DNA from: an uncultured bacterium
GTDB lineage: Bacteria; CAZDME01; JAYEMH01
Direction: 5' to 3'
Length of the DNA: 61,085 nt
Assembly: GCA_964506785.1 (NCBI GenBank)
Contig: CAZDME010000001.1
Coordinates: 1-61,085, forward strand
A model generated the notes under the pieces. The model did no database searches. It was given only the letters and a program-made list of their open reading frames with translations, and was not told the origin of the DNA. The stretch's first letter is position 1. The number at the start of each line of letters is the position of its first letter. A program made the translations under genes and the position numbers. This document shows positions 7,811 to 16,658 of the stretch, piece by piece.

Positions 7811-8653
7811 ATGGCTAGACAGGTTTTAGGACGGGGATTAAGTGCGCTTATCTCCCGAGAAAGCGCCGAAAAAAGGGAGGAGGTTCGCCAATTAAATATT
7901 AAAGATGTGGTTGCCAGTCAGTTTCAACCGCGCCAGGATTTTGACTCCAGACAACTTAATGAGTTGGTGACTTCCATTAAAGAAAAAGGGGTAATTCAGC
8001 CGATTCTAGTCCGTCCTCTGGGTGACAAATATGAATTAGTGGCCGGGGAACGGCGATGGCGGGCTACCAAAGAACTGGGCTGGAAAAAAATTCCGGCTAT
8101 GTTGAAAAATGTTTCCGATACCGAGGCCTTGGAGTTAACCTTAATTGAAAATCTGCAAAGGCAGGATTTAAATCCTATTGAGGAAGCCAAGGCCTATGAA
8201 CGTTTGCTCAAGGACTTTAAGCTCACCCAGGAAAAATTAGCCAGGCAAATTGGTAAAGAGCGGGTTTCTGTGGCTAACACCTTGAGACTCCTTAAATTGC
8301 CCCAGGCGATTAAAGAGGAGATTTCCCGGGGACGCCTTTCGGCGGGTCAGGCTCGGCCCTTGCTGTCTTTAAAGAATTCAGCTAAGCAAGAGGAGCTTGG
8401 AAAAAAAATTATAAAAAAGGGGTTGTCGGCCAGAGAAGTAGAACAAGTCGTTCAAAAAATGCTTTCTTCGGTGCGTTTTCAGCCGCGGCGGTTTAAAAGG
8501 AACACCCAGCTCCTGGAAATTGAGGAGAAATTGCGTCATATCTTTGGCACCCAGGTACGCCTTAGACAAAAGGGAAATAAAGGAAAGATTGAAATAGAAT
8601 TCTATTCTGCCGAGGATTTGGATAGGATTCTGGAAGTAATCAGACCGAAGTAG
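7811..8653 (+). CDS. parB: ParB/Spo0J partition protein
   Basis: ORF 7769-8653 trimmed to ATG 7811 (AGGAGG at 7799-7804). N-terminus MARQVLGRGLSALI, ParB box GERRWRA, HTH region. Confidence 0.92.
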   Translation: MARQVLGRGLSALISRESAEKREEVRQLNIKDVVASQFQPRQDFDSRQLNELVTSIKEKGVIQPILVRPLGDKYELVAGERRWRATKELGWKKIPAMLKNVSDTEALELTLIENLQRQDLNPIEEAKAYERLLKDFKLTQEKLARQIGKERVSVANTLRLLKLPQAIKEEISRGRLSAGQARPLLSLKNSAKQEELGKKIIKKGLSAREVEQVVQKMLSSVRFQPRRFKRNTQLLEIEEKLRHIFGTQVRLRQKGNKGKIEIEFYSAEDLDRILEVIRPK

Positions 8654-8661
8654 AAAATAGG

Positions 8662-9615
8662 ATGAATTTATTAACGGTGCCCGCGAGTAGTTTAAAAAAA
8701 GAACATCCGGTAAAAATACCAATTCCTGATTGGCTGGTGAAAGAGGTTAGCTCCAAGCGTAATTTGGGTAGTCTGCCCAAAATTTTAAAGGAGGCTGGTC
8801 TTCGTACTGTTTGCCAGGCGGCCCGCTGTCCCAATATCGGCGAATGTTTTTCCCGGGGGACGGCCACCTTTTTAATTCTGGGCGATATTTGCCGCCGCCA
8901 ATGTCGTTTTTGTAGCATAAAAAAAAGGCCTTCCGGGTATTTACCCGTAGATAAGGATGAACCGGCACGGATCGCTCAAACAGTTCAGCAGCTCGGGCTT
9001 GGATATGTGGTGGTTACCTCAGTCAGCCGTGATGACCTGCCTGACGGAGGAGCCGAACATTTTGCCCGGACAATCAGAAAGATAAAAAGCCGCACCCCGG
9101 GGATAACGGTAGAGGTTTTAATCCCTGATTTTTCTGGCCATCTCGAGGCATTAAAAACGGTGGTTAAAGAAAGGCCCGAGGTAATTAATCATAATTTAGA
9201 GACGGTCGAATCTCTTTATCCGAAGGTTCGCCCGCAGGCGGATTATAAGCGCTCACTGGAGTTACTTAGAAGGATAAAGGGTCTGGATGCCCGGATTGTT
9301 ACCAAGTCAGGTTTAATCCTGGGGTTAGGAGAAGAAAAAGAAGAAATCCAAAAAGCCCTTAATGATTTACAGCAGGCTCAGGCGGATATTTTAACCTTAG
9401 GTCAGTATTTACAGCCGACGGTCAGGGAACTGGCTGTAGAGAAATATCTTACCCGGCAGGAATTTGCTTTTTGGCAGAAAGCAGCCGAGGCATTGGGTTT
9501 TCTTTTTGTCGCTTCGGGAAACCTGGTTCGCAGCTCATACAGGGCAGAAGAAGCCTATAAAAGAGCGTTATCCCGTTCGTCGTTATCTCGTTTTCAGGGT
9601 AACGATATAACGTGA
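8662..9615 (+). CDS. lipA: lipoyl synthase
   Basis: 317 aa. Cys clusters CQAARCPNIGEC and radical-SAM CRRQCRFC. The last ~15 codons are encoded by a family-B array. Confidence 0.93.
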   Translation: MNLLTVPASSLKKEHPVKIPIPDWLVKEVSSKRNLGSLPKILKEAGLRTVCQAARCPNIGECFSRGTATFLILGDICRRQCRFCSIKKRPSGYLPVDKDEPARIAQTVQQLGLGYVVVTSVSRDDLPDGGAEHFARTIRKIKSRTPGITVEVLIPDFSGHLEALKTVVKERPEVINHNLETVESLYPKVRPQADYKRSLELLRRIKGLDARIVTKSGLILGLGEEKEEIQKALNDLQQAQADILTLGQYLQPTVRELAVEKYLTRQEFAFWQKAAEALGFLFVASGNLVRSSYRAEEAYKRALSRSSLSRFQGNDIT

Positions 9616-9620
9616 TAACG
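9566..9620. repeat. family-B inverted arrays (CGTTATC units, then GATAACG units)
   Basis: cgttatc ccgttcgt cgttatct cgtttt, then cagg, then gtaacg atataacg tgataacg. Overlaps the 3' end and stop codon of lipA. Confidence 0.8.
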
Positions 9621-9637
9621 GCATTTAAATTTTACAG

Positions 9638-9656
9638 TGGAAATTTTTGTTTTCCA
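9638..9656. repeat. small A/T-rich hairpin between family-B arrays
   Basis: tggaaa-tttttgt-tttcca. Confidence 0.4.
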
Positions 9657-9661
9657 TTTTT

Positions 9662-9690
9662 GACGAGATAACGGGATAACGAAAAAAACG
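9662..9690 (+). repeat. family-B array upstream of def
   Basis: gacg agataacg ggataacg aaaaaaacg. It ends 8 nt before the def ATG. Confidence 0.8.
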
Positions 9691-9698
9691 GAGAAAGA

Positions 9699-10199
9699 AT
9701 GAAAGGATTACGAATCTACAAATATGGAGAGCCGATATTACGCAAAAAATGTGCCCAAATAAAAGAAGTTACTGATGAAGTAGGAGAAACTCTTGCGGCG
9801 ATGAGCCGAACGATGTATGAATCCCAGGGGGTAGGATTAGCCGCGCCCCAGATTGGGCTGGGGAAACGCTTGATTGTTGTTGATATTGGCGATGGCCTCT
9901 GGGAATTGATGAATCCCAGAATTGTCTCCCGGCGGGGAGAAACTATTTCCCTGGAGGGATGTCTGAGTCTGCCAGGGATTACCGTAAATGTCAAACGTGC
10001 CAAGGAGGTTACTGTAGAGGCTTTAGAGAAAAAAGGGGAGAAGATAATGCTCGAAGCCAAAGGCCTATTTGCTTTCGCCCTGCAGCACGAAATTGACCAT
10101 CTGGACGGTGTTTTGATTATTGACTATCTTGAGAAAAAAGAGAAAAAGGCAGTTGAGGAAAAGTTAAAAAAGTGGTTAAAAGAAACACCAAAAATGTAG
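9699..10199 (+). CDS. def: peptide deformylase
   Basis: 166 aa. Motifs GVGLAAPQIG, EGCLS and QHEIDHL. Confidence 0.95.
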   Translation: MKGLRIYKYGEPILRKKCAQIKEVTDEVGETLAAMSRTMYESQGVGLAAPQIGLGKRLIVVDIGDGLWELMNPRIVSRRGETISLEGCLSLPGITVNVKRAKEVTVEALEKKGEKIMLEAKGLFAFALQHEIDHLDGVLIIDYLEKKEKKAVEEKLKKWLKETPKM

Positions 10200-10996
10200 G
10201 ACACAGAGAAAAACGGAGCCGGGTAAATATAATCCTCTTTGGGCCGGTTTCTTCCCGGCGCCTGGGGAAATCCTTAGGCATTAATCTTATCCCGCCCAAA
10301 ACCTGCTCTTTGGATTGTATCTATTGCCAGCTTGGCAGCACCCCCAAAACCTCGGTAAAGCGTTATTCTTATCTTTCCGCGAACGAAGTCGAGACAAACC
10401 TAAAAAGATTTTTGGCCAAAGGAGGACGGGCCGATTATCTTACTCTTTCCGGGGGGGGGGAACCCACTCTTAACGCTCAGATTGGAAAGATTATCAGGCG
10501 GATTAAAACAATAAGCAGACTGCCGGTAGCCGTACTTACCAACGCCACCCTTTTTACTTCCCCTAAGGTGCGGCGAGAATTGCTGGCGGCGGATTTAGTT
10601 TTGCCTTCTCTGGATGCCGCCCGCCAAGCAACCTTTAAAAAAATTAATCGCCCCCATCGCAGATTAAAGATTAAAAATATCATCCAGGGCTTGCAACTCT
10701 TTCGCCGTCAATTTAAGGGGAAATTGTGGCTGGAAATTATGTTGGTAAGAAATATAAACGACTCAAAAAAAGAGCTTGAAGCCTTAAACAAAGCCGTATT
10801 GGCCATTAAACCGGATAAGATTCAGTTAAATACCGTGGTCAGGGAGCCGGCGGAAAAATTTGCCCATCCACTGACCGTCAGCCAACTCCAGAAAACAAAG
10901 AAATTTTTTGGCGACCGCTGTGAAATAATCAGCGGGCGCAAAGATAAAAGGAAAAGAATGCTTAAAGCCCTCAAGCCAAATTATCACACTTCGTAA
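10172..10996 (+). CDS. radical SAM protein (function unknown)
   Basis: 274 aa. CSLDCIYC (CxxxCxxC) cluster. Overlaps def by 28 nt. Its last codons and TAA stop lie inside the REP hairpin. Confidence 0.8.
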   Translation: MVKRNTKNVGHREKRSRVNIILFGPVSSRRLGKSLGINLIPPKTCSLDCIYCQLGSTPKTSVKRYSYLSANEVETNLKRFLAKGGRADYLTLSGGGEPTLNAQIGKIIRRIKTISRLPVAVLTNATLFTSPKVRRELLAADLVLPSLDAARQATFKKINRPHRRLKIKNIIQGLQLFRRQFKGKLWLEIMLVRNINDSKKELEALNKAVLAIKPDKIQLNTVVREPAEKFAHPLTVSQLQKTKKFFGDRCEIISGRKDKRKRMLKALKPNYHTS

Positions 10997-11007
10997 GTGT
11001 GATAATT
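10979..11007. repeat. REP hairpin (RAYT-flanking, loop CGT)
   Basis: aattatcacactt-cgt-aagtgtgataatt, a 13-bp perfect stem. Confidence 0.9.
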
Positions 11008-11030
11008 TTCCAAAAAAAAGGCAACTAAAA

Positions 11031-11723
11031 ATGAAGAGCAAGGATATTAAAAAATTCGGCAGCACATTAGTTACGGGAGAAATTTACCATATTTTTAGTA
11101 AAAGCATCGCTGGTTTTAGAATATTTAAGCGGAAAGCGGAATTTAAAAGGATAAAAGAGATGCTTCAATATTATGTTTTTGAAAAACCTTCCATAAGATT
11201 TTCTTATTTTCTCCGGGCGCCTCAGAAAGAAAAAGAGAAATTCGTAGAAGCCGTTTCTAAAAATAATATTCAGAATAAAGGAAAAATTGTTAACATAGTT
11301 GCCTACTGTATTATGCCTACCCATATTCACTTAGTTCTGCAGCCTCTCAAGGAAAGGGGGATTTCCATATTTATGAAAAATCTTCTTGATAGCTACACGC
11401 GTTATTTTAATGTCAAATATAAAAGAAAAGGGCCTCTTTGGGAAGGAAGATTTAAAAGAGTTTGGGTCGGGTCAGAAAATCAACTCCTTCATCTTACCAG
11501 ATATATTCATTTAAACCCGGTTACTGCGGGGTTAGTTAAAAGGCCAGAGGAATGGTTTGCATCCTCCTTTAACGAATATATAGAAGGTGATAGAAAGGAT
11601 AAGCTTTGTAGATATGATGCACTTTTAAAGATTTCTCCAGAGTCCTATAAAAAATTTGTAAAAGAAAGAATTTTTTATCAGAAACAACTTGCAAAAATTA
11701 AGGAATTGACCTTTGATGTATAA
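11031..11723 (+). CDS. REP-associated tyrosine transposase (IS200/IS605 Y1 family, RAYT-like)
   Basis: 230 aa. HUH motif in CIMPTHIHLVLQP and catalytic-Tyr motif LTRYIHLNPV. Flanked by REP hairpins. Confidence 0.85.
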   Translation: MKSKDIKKFGSTLVTGEIYHIFSKSIAGFRIFKRKAEFKRIKEMLQYYVFEKPSIRFSYFLRAPQKEKEKFVEAVSKNNIQNKGKIVNIVAYCIMPTHIHLVLQPLKERGISIFMKNLLDSYTRYFNVKYKRKGPLWEGRFKRVWVGSENQLLHLTRYIHLNPVTAGLVKRPEEWFASSFNEYIEGDRKDKLCRYDALLKISPESYKKFVKERIFYQKQLAKIKELTFDV

Positions 11724-11728
11724 CCATT

Positions 11729-11753
11729 TTATCACACTTCGTAAGTGTGATAA
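11729..11753. repeat. REP hairpin (RAYT-flanking, loop CGT)
   Basis: ttatcacactt-cgt-aagtgtgataa, an 11-bp perfect stem. Confidence 0.9.
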
Positions 11754-11779
11754 GTTGGGAGGATTGAAACGGGAAAATT

Positions 11780-12310
11780 ATGATGAGGAATCTAGCAAGA
11801 AGCATATCAGCCGTTTTAGTGAGTGTGCTCCTTTTAATCCCGGGTGAGGCTCGGCCTATGGGAATGAAAACGCCTCAAAAAGCTCAGGGGCAGGTCGGAA
11901 CCAAGATTCCCAAAGTTATTTTTACCCGTCTTGACGGAAAATTTTTTACTTCGGCTAAACTTAAGGGGAAAGTGGCCATACTCGATTTCTGGGCCACCTG
12001 GTATCCTCCCTGCCGTTCAGCTATTCCTGCCTTGATTGAACTTTACGAGATTTATGGCGGCAAAGAATTCGAAATTGTCAGCATCGCTTTGGATAAAGAT
12101 ATCAAGGAATTGAAAAGATTTGTGAAAGAAATAGAAATAAGCTATCCGATTGTTACGGGCAATAAAGGCATTGAACGGGCTTTCGGCGGCATTGAGGCGA
12201 TTCCAACAACTCTTTTAGTCGATAAAAAGGGGACGATTCGTTTTCGCTTCGTTGGCTATACGCCAAAAGAGGTTTTTGAAGAAAAAATCAAACTTCTTCT
12301 TGGGGAGTGA
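11780..12310 (+). CDS. TlpA/ResA-like thioredoxin-fold protein, secreted
   Basis: 176 aa with a signal peptide. Thioredoxin-fold region ILDFWATWYPPCRSAIP; the active site reads WYPPC, with a single Cys. Confidence 0.75.
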   Translation: MMRNLARSISAVLVSVLLLIPGEARPMGMKTPQKAQGQVGTKIPKVIFTRLDGKFFTSAKLKGKVAILDFWATWYPPCRSAIPALIELYEIYGGKEFEIVSIALDKDIKELKRFVKEIEISYPIVTGNKGIERAFGGIEAIPTTLLVDKKGTIRFRFVGYTPKEVFEEKIKLLLGE

Positions 12311-12428
12311 GGCCCCGCACCTTCTAGACGAAATTGTTGTTTAGGCCGAACTCCGGAGCAAAATTTATTACGGGCGCATAAAAGCCCACGCTTCATAAAC
12401 CGGCTGAGGCAAGGAGGAAGGCGCGGGA

Positions 12429-14735
12429 TTGATTTTAAGTCTTGCTTTTATCCTGACCGGGTTCACCTCTACGGTGACCCAGGCCATGCTGGTCCGCGAA
12501 TTAGTTGCTGTTTTTCTAGGCAACGAATTATCCTTAGGAATTATATTTTCCAGCTGGCTCTTCTGGGTAGCCGCCGGTAGCTTCTTTCTCGGCCGCTTAG
12601 TCGACCGGATAAAAAATAAACTCCGTTCTTATATTTCCTTCCAGATTCTCCTTTCTTTGATTTTGATTCCCATCCTCTTGGGGATAAAAGGCATCAGGCC
12701 CTTCTGGCATATTCCACCGGGAGAACTCATTGGATTTTTCCCTTTTGTCATCTCTGTTTTTCTGGTTTTGGCGCCGGTCGGTCTCATTCTTGGGTTTCAG
12801 TTTGCCCTGGCCTGCCGTCTTTATGCCCAAAAGAAATCCCGGACTGCTCTTCAAGGGAAGATAAAGGAAGCGAGTCTCGATTTTCAAAATACACCCAAGA
12901 CGGCAGGTAAAGTCTACCGGCTTGATGCCTTAGGGGATATGTTCGGAGGAGTAACCTTTGCCTATCTTTTTGTCAACATTTTCCAGTCTTTTGAGACGGC
13001 AGCCAGTCTGGCTATTTTAAATTTGGCTTTAGCTATCACCCTGAGCCTCATAGTCTTAAAGAAAAAGATTTTATCTTTTTTGGGCTTTTCCCTCCTTCTC
13101 GTCTTCACTTATGGCTTGGGCTCTCCTTTGATGCATAACATAAATGGCTATGCTAATCGCCTGGAATGGAAAGGTATGAATTTTCAGGCGACAGATTTCT
13201 CTAAGTATAGTGACTATGCGGTAATTAAGGATGAATCAAGCTTTTATATTTACGGGGACGGTCAATTAAAATTTAGCCTCCCGGAGAAAGCGTTGCCGGA
13301 AGAAATTATTCACCTGAGCCTTTCGCAGATAGAAAATCCCGGGAGGATTCTTTTAATCGGCGGGGGAATAAGCGGGGCCATCAGGGAAGCCTTAAAATAC
13401 CCCGCCTTAAAAGAGATTTTCTATTTAGAAAAAGATTCCGTCTTTATCCGTTTAGCCGAAAGGTATATCGGCCCGAAGGATAGAAATGCCTTAACTGACG
13501 CGCGGACCAAAATCGTCTTTGGCGACGGGAGGCTGTTTATCAAGGATTATCAAGGGGAAAAGTTTGACGGTATTATTTTAAACGCCGGCAACCCGCTGAC
13601 TGCCGAAAGCAATCGTTTTTATACCTTAGAGTTTTTTAATGAAGTAAAAAGGATTCTTAACCCCAGGGGGATATTTTTTTTAGGTGTTGATTCCCACGAG
13701 AATTATTTGTCGCCGGAGATGAGAAAATTTAACGCTTGTATCTACCAGACGCTGAAAGAGGCCTTCCCTCATATTATACTTTTCCCCGGGGGGACTCTTT
13801 ATCTGGTTGCCTCTTCTTCACCAGATTTTTTAACCGATAATCCCCAGGTTTTATCCCGGAGATTAAAGAGACGTGGGATTTTTTCTCAATACATCAATGA
13901 AGGGATTCTTCCCCAGCGCTTGAGTCCGGAAAGGCTTTCTTATATCCAGGAAATTTTATTATCCGAGGAAAAAGGAAGACTCAATCGAGATTTTCATCCC
14001 ATTAGCTATTATTACAACCTCATTCTTTGGGGGAGCAGGATTTTCCCTGAAAACCGGGCTAATATTTTCTGGCGCCTTTCCCGGATAAAATTCAGCCGGC
14101 TGGCCCTTGGCCTTATTCTGGCCGGTTTCGTCTTAATGCTCTTCCGGCCTAAATCAGGAAAAGGGTTTATTCCCCTGGTGGTTTCTATTGGCGGCTTGGC
14201 CGGTATCTCTTTAGAGTTAATTTTGATTATTGGCTTTCAAATTATCTACGGCAACCTTTATTTTATGATTGGGGTAATTGTCGCTTCTTTTATGCTGGGG
14301 CTGGTAGCCGGCGCCGGTTTTATAACCCGGCGGCTGGATAAAATTAAAAAGAAGTATTTAACCCTGGGACGGATAGAGCTGGGTCTGGGGATTTATGCTT
14401 TATTTATTGCTTTGAGTCTTTTAATGCTGAATCTTTGGCCATCCCAGCCTCTTGTTATCAGCACCCGGATTATTTTTCCGCTCTTGACTGTTTTTTGCGG
14501 CATCTGGGTAGGGATGCTTTTCCCTTTAGCAAACGATATATATTTGGCCAAGCTTGAGGCGGTGGGCAGGACCGCCGGAAAACTTTATGCCTTTGATTTA
14601 ATGGGCGCTTGTCTCGGCTCTCTGGCCACGGCGGTTTTTCTTATTCCCCTTTTCGGCCTCATCCAGACGGCGTTTCTAATAGGCCTCATTTGCCTTTTAG
14701 GGTTTTTATTGGTGTCCATTTTAAACCATGTCTGA
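12429..14735 (+). CDS. polytopic membrane protein fused to a spermidine-synthase-like domain
   Basis: 768 aa. TTG start with AGGAGG at 12412-12417. Many TM helices at both ends and a central Rossmann-like domain (LLIGGGISGAIRE, FDGIILN). Confidence 0.8.
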   Translation: MILSLAFILTGFTSTVTQAMLVRELVAVFLGNELSLGIIFSSWLFWVAAGSFFLGRLVDRIKNKLRSYISFQILLSLILIPILLGIKGIRPFWHIPPGELIGFFPFVISVFLVLAPVGLILGFQFALACRLYAQKKSRTALQGKIKEASLDFQNTPKTAGKVYRLDALGDMFGGVTFAYLFVNIFQSFETAASLAILNLALAITLSLIVLKKKILSFLGFSLLLVFTYGLGSPLMHNINGYANRLEWKGMNFQATDFSKYSDYAVIKDESSFYIYGDGQLKFSLPEKALPEEIIHLSLSQIENPGRILLIGGGISGAIREALKYPALKEIFYLEKDSVFIRLAERYIGPKDRNALTDARTKIVFGDGRLFIKDYQGEKFDGIILNAGNPLTAESNRFYTLEFFNEVKRILNPRGIFFLGVDSHENYLSPEMRKFNACIYQTLKEAFPHIILFPGGTLYLVASSSPDFLTDNPQVLSRRLKRRGIFSQYINEGILPQRLSPERLSYIQEILLSEEKGRLNRDFHPISYYYNLILWGSRIFPENRANIFWRLSRIKFSRLALGLILAGFVLMLFRPKSGKGFIPLVVSIGGLAGISLELILIIGFQIIYGNLYFMIGVIVASFMLGLVAGAGFITRRLDKIKKKYLTLGRIELGLGIYALFIALSLLMLNLWPSQPLVISTRIIFPLLTVFCGIWVGMLFPLANDIYLAKLEAVGRTAGKLYAFDLMGACLGSLATAVFLIPLFGLIQTAFLIGLICLLGFLLVSILNHV

Positions 14736-14804
14736 TCAGGCTAAAGGATTTAACAAAAAGTCAAGGAAGATGGCTAAAAAAATAGGGATGATTCAAAAAA
14801 ATAT

Positions 14805-14833
14805 TTGCCAAACTATAGGCTATAGTGTATAAT
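14805..14833 (+). promoter_or_regulatory. sigma70-type promoter
   Basis: TTGCCA (14805-14810), 17-nt spacer, TATAAT (14828-14833). Confidence 0.65.
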
Positions 14834-14861
14834 GGGATAAACTTGAAAAAGGGGGAGATTT

Positions 14862-15875
14862 TTGCATTTTAAAAAGCGCATTTTTATTTATCTAATTTTA
14901 CTTGCTGGAATTTTTTCTCTTCAAGTTACTGGATTTTTTGCCCCGGTAAGAACCCAAAGGAGTTTATTTCGCCATTCGCCTAAGGCAACGGTATTGGAAG
15001 ATGAGGCCGCTGCCTCTGACGACTTATTCCTTGCCGCGGTCAAATCAGAAACCTGCCAGGCAGAAGTCAAAGCTGAAGAAGTTGAATCAGAACCCTTCAC
15101 CGGTAAAGGAGGTCCGCAAGAGCCTGAACTGGAATTAAGTTTCTCCCCCTATGAAGTCCAGCCCGGGGATAATCTCTGGGAAATTGCCAAGCGGGAAAAT
15201 CTTGATTTAGATACTTTAATCAGCGCCAATAAGCTTAAACGGGCAAATTTAATTAATGCCGGAGACATCCTCCATATCCCCAATCAAAAAGGCATATTCC
15301 ATAAAGTTAGGAAGGGTGAGACTCTTTCGGAAATTGCTAAGATTTATAAAGTAACCATAGAGGAAGTTTTAGAGATAAATGAGATAGAAGATCCCCAGGC
15401 TTTAACTATAAACGCGCAGTTATTTATTCCCGGAGCTAAACTTCTCCCTGAAGAGAGGGAATATATTTTAGGCTGGGGTTTTATCAGGCCCTGCCGGGGA
15501 TGGATTTCTTCCCGATATGGTTGGAGGCGGGATCCTTTTACCGGGCAACGGAGATTTCATCACGGTATAGATTTAGCCGCCCCGCGAGGAACGCCGGTTT
15601 ATGCGGCTCGGGACGGCCGGGTTATCCGTTCCGGCTGGACAGGAGGATACGGACGGATAATTATCATCAAACATAGCCGGGGCTATTCTACCCGTTATGG
15701 GCACAATTCAGTTAACCTGGTTAAAAATGGCCAATACGTGAGACAAGGCCAGCTTATTGCCCGGGTTGGCAACTCCGGGCGCTCTACTGGTTCTCACCTG
15801 CACTTTGAAGTTCGCCGTTGGGGCCGTCCACTTAATCCGCTTCCTCTAATCAGGAGTTATGCCCGCCGGAAATAA
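14862..15875 (+). CDS. LysM-domain M23 peptidase (active-site intact)
   Basis: 337 aa. Two LysM repeats. M23 motifs HHGIDLAAPRGTPV and GSHLHFEV. Confidence 0.9.
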   Translation: MHFKKRIFIYLILLAGIFSLQVTGFFAPVRTQRSLFRHSPKATVLEDEAAASDDLFLAAVKSETCQAEVKAEEVESEPFTGKGGPQEPELELSFSPYEVQPGDNLWEIAKRENLDLDTLISANKLKRANLINAGDILHIPNQKGIFHKVRKGETLSEIAKIYKVTIEEVLEINEIEDPQALTINAQLFIPGAKLLPEEREYILGWGFIRPCRGWISSRYGWRRDPFTGQRRFHHGIDLAAPRGTPVYAARDGRVIRSGWTGGYGRIIIIKHSRGYSTRYGHNSVNLVKNGQYVRQGQLIARVGNSGRSTGSHLHFEVRRWGRPLNPLPLIRSYARRK

Positions 15876-15927
15876 GCCAAAAATAAATAAGGTGACAGGT
15901 AATAATAGGTGATAGTTGGTAGCGTCT

Positions 15928-15948
15928 CCTAGAGCCTATAACCTAAAT
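15928..15948 (+). repeat. family-H heptamers (CCTAnnn x3)
   Basis: cctagag cctataa cctaaat. The 11-mer CCTATAACCTA recurs at 35261-35271. Confidence 0.55.
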
Positions 15949-15965
15949 TACGAAAGGAGGGATAA

Positions 15966-16496
15966 ATGCGTAAAAATTTTTGTTGGGGAGCGTCGTTAAT
16001 TCTAGTTTTAGCCATGTTAGCCAGTGGCTGCGCCGGAAAGAAACCTTTTTGGAAAAAGCAAAGAGCCGGAGGAAAATTAGGCGCCGGGCTTGAAGAGATA
16101 TCCGAAGAGGCGATCCCGCCGGAGCTTTCTGCCAAAGGGAAAGATTTTGTGGAGACAGAGTCTATTGGTGATGTTTTCTTTGAGTACGATGCCTACAATA
16201 TTCGAACCGATGCTAAAGAGGCGCTAAAGAAAAATGCCAGGTGGCTTAAACGTTACCCCGGGGTAGAGATTCAGATAGAGGGGCATTGTGACGAACGGGG
16301 AAGTAACGAATATAACCTGGCCCTGGGACAGCGCCGGGCGACCAGCGCGCGTAATTTTCTTGTTTCCCTCGGAGTGGAGCCGGAACGGATTTATACCATC
16401 AGCTATGGTGAAGAAAAGCCATTTAGTCTGGGGCATAACGAAGAAGCCTGGGCCCAGAATCGCCGGGGGCATTTCCTCATTAGAAGGATGAAATAA
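15966..16496 (+). CDS. pal: peptidoglycan-associated lipoprotein Pal (OmpA-like)
   Basis: 176 aa. Lipobox LASGC. OmpA_C motifs (EGHCDERGSNEYNLALGQRRA). Tol-Pal neighbourhood. Confidence 0.9.
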   Translation: MRKNFCWGASLILVLAMLASGCAGKKPFWKKQRAGGKLGAGLEEISEEAIPPELSAKGKDFVETESIGDVFFEYDAYNIRTDAKEALKKNARWLKRYPGVEIQIEGHCDERGSNEYNLALGQRRATSARNFLVSLGVEPERIYTISYGEEKPFSLGHNEEAWAQNRRGHFLIRRMK

Positions 16497-16502
16497 AAAA
16501 AT

Positions 16503-16543
16503 CGTTATTCATCTATCGTTATCTCGTGTATCTGTTCTTACGG
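16503..16543 (-). repeat. family-B array, reverse units (CGTTATC)
   Basis: cgttattcatctat cgttatct cgtgtatctgttcttacgg. Confidence 0.7.
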
Positions 16544-16573
16544 TGTGATACTTAGATAATGAAAGACTTGTCA

Positions 16574-16602
16574 TTTTATCACACTTACGAAGTGTGATAA
16601 AA
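16574..16602. repeat. REP hairpin (dispersed copy, loop ACG)
   Basis: ttttatcacactt-acg-aagtgtgataaaa, a 13-bp perfect stem. Confidence 0.9.
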
Positions 16603-16620
16603 TGTGTTTTGGCACATTTT

Positions 16621-16658
16621 AAACGTGATAACGAACAACGAAATAACGTGATAAAGCG
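16621..16658 (+). repeat. family-B array, forward units
   Basis: aaacg tgataacg aacaacg aaataacg tgataaagcg. It ends 4 nt before ATG 16663. Confidence 0.8.

Larger units (their letters stand above)
10979..11753 (+). mobile_element. REPtron: RAYT gene flanked by two REP hairpins
   Basis: The hairpins at 10979-11007 and 11729-11753 bracket the Y1-transposase-like ORF. Confidence 0.8.

Noticed and set aside
15935-15945. CCTATAACCTA at an identical 31-nt distance from two start codons (15966 and 35292) as a shared operator or -10 element.
   Set aside because: Both copies are simply the middle of three CCTAnnn heptamers. No acceptable -35 is present at either site. I therefore treat it as another heptamer family rather than a specific regulatory site.
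16574-16602. REP arms (GTGTGATAA) and GATAACG/GATAATG units as DnaA boxes or Fur boxes.
   Set aside because: Ungapped, the REP arm matches TGTGGATAA at only 5/9. Fur boxes need GATAAT hexamers at 6-nt spacing in a 19-bp inverted arrangement, whereas these units have 7-8-nt spacing. The resemblance is limited to GATAA.
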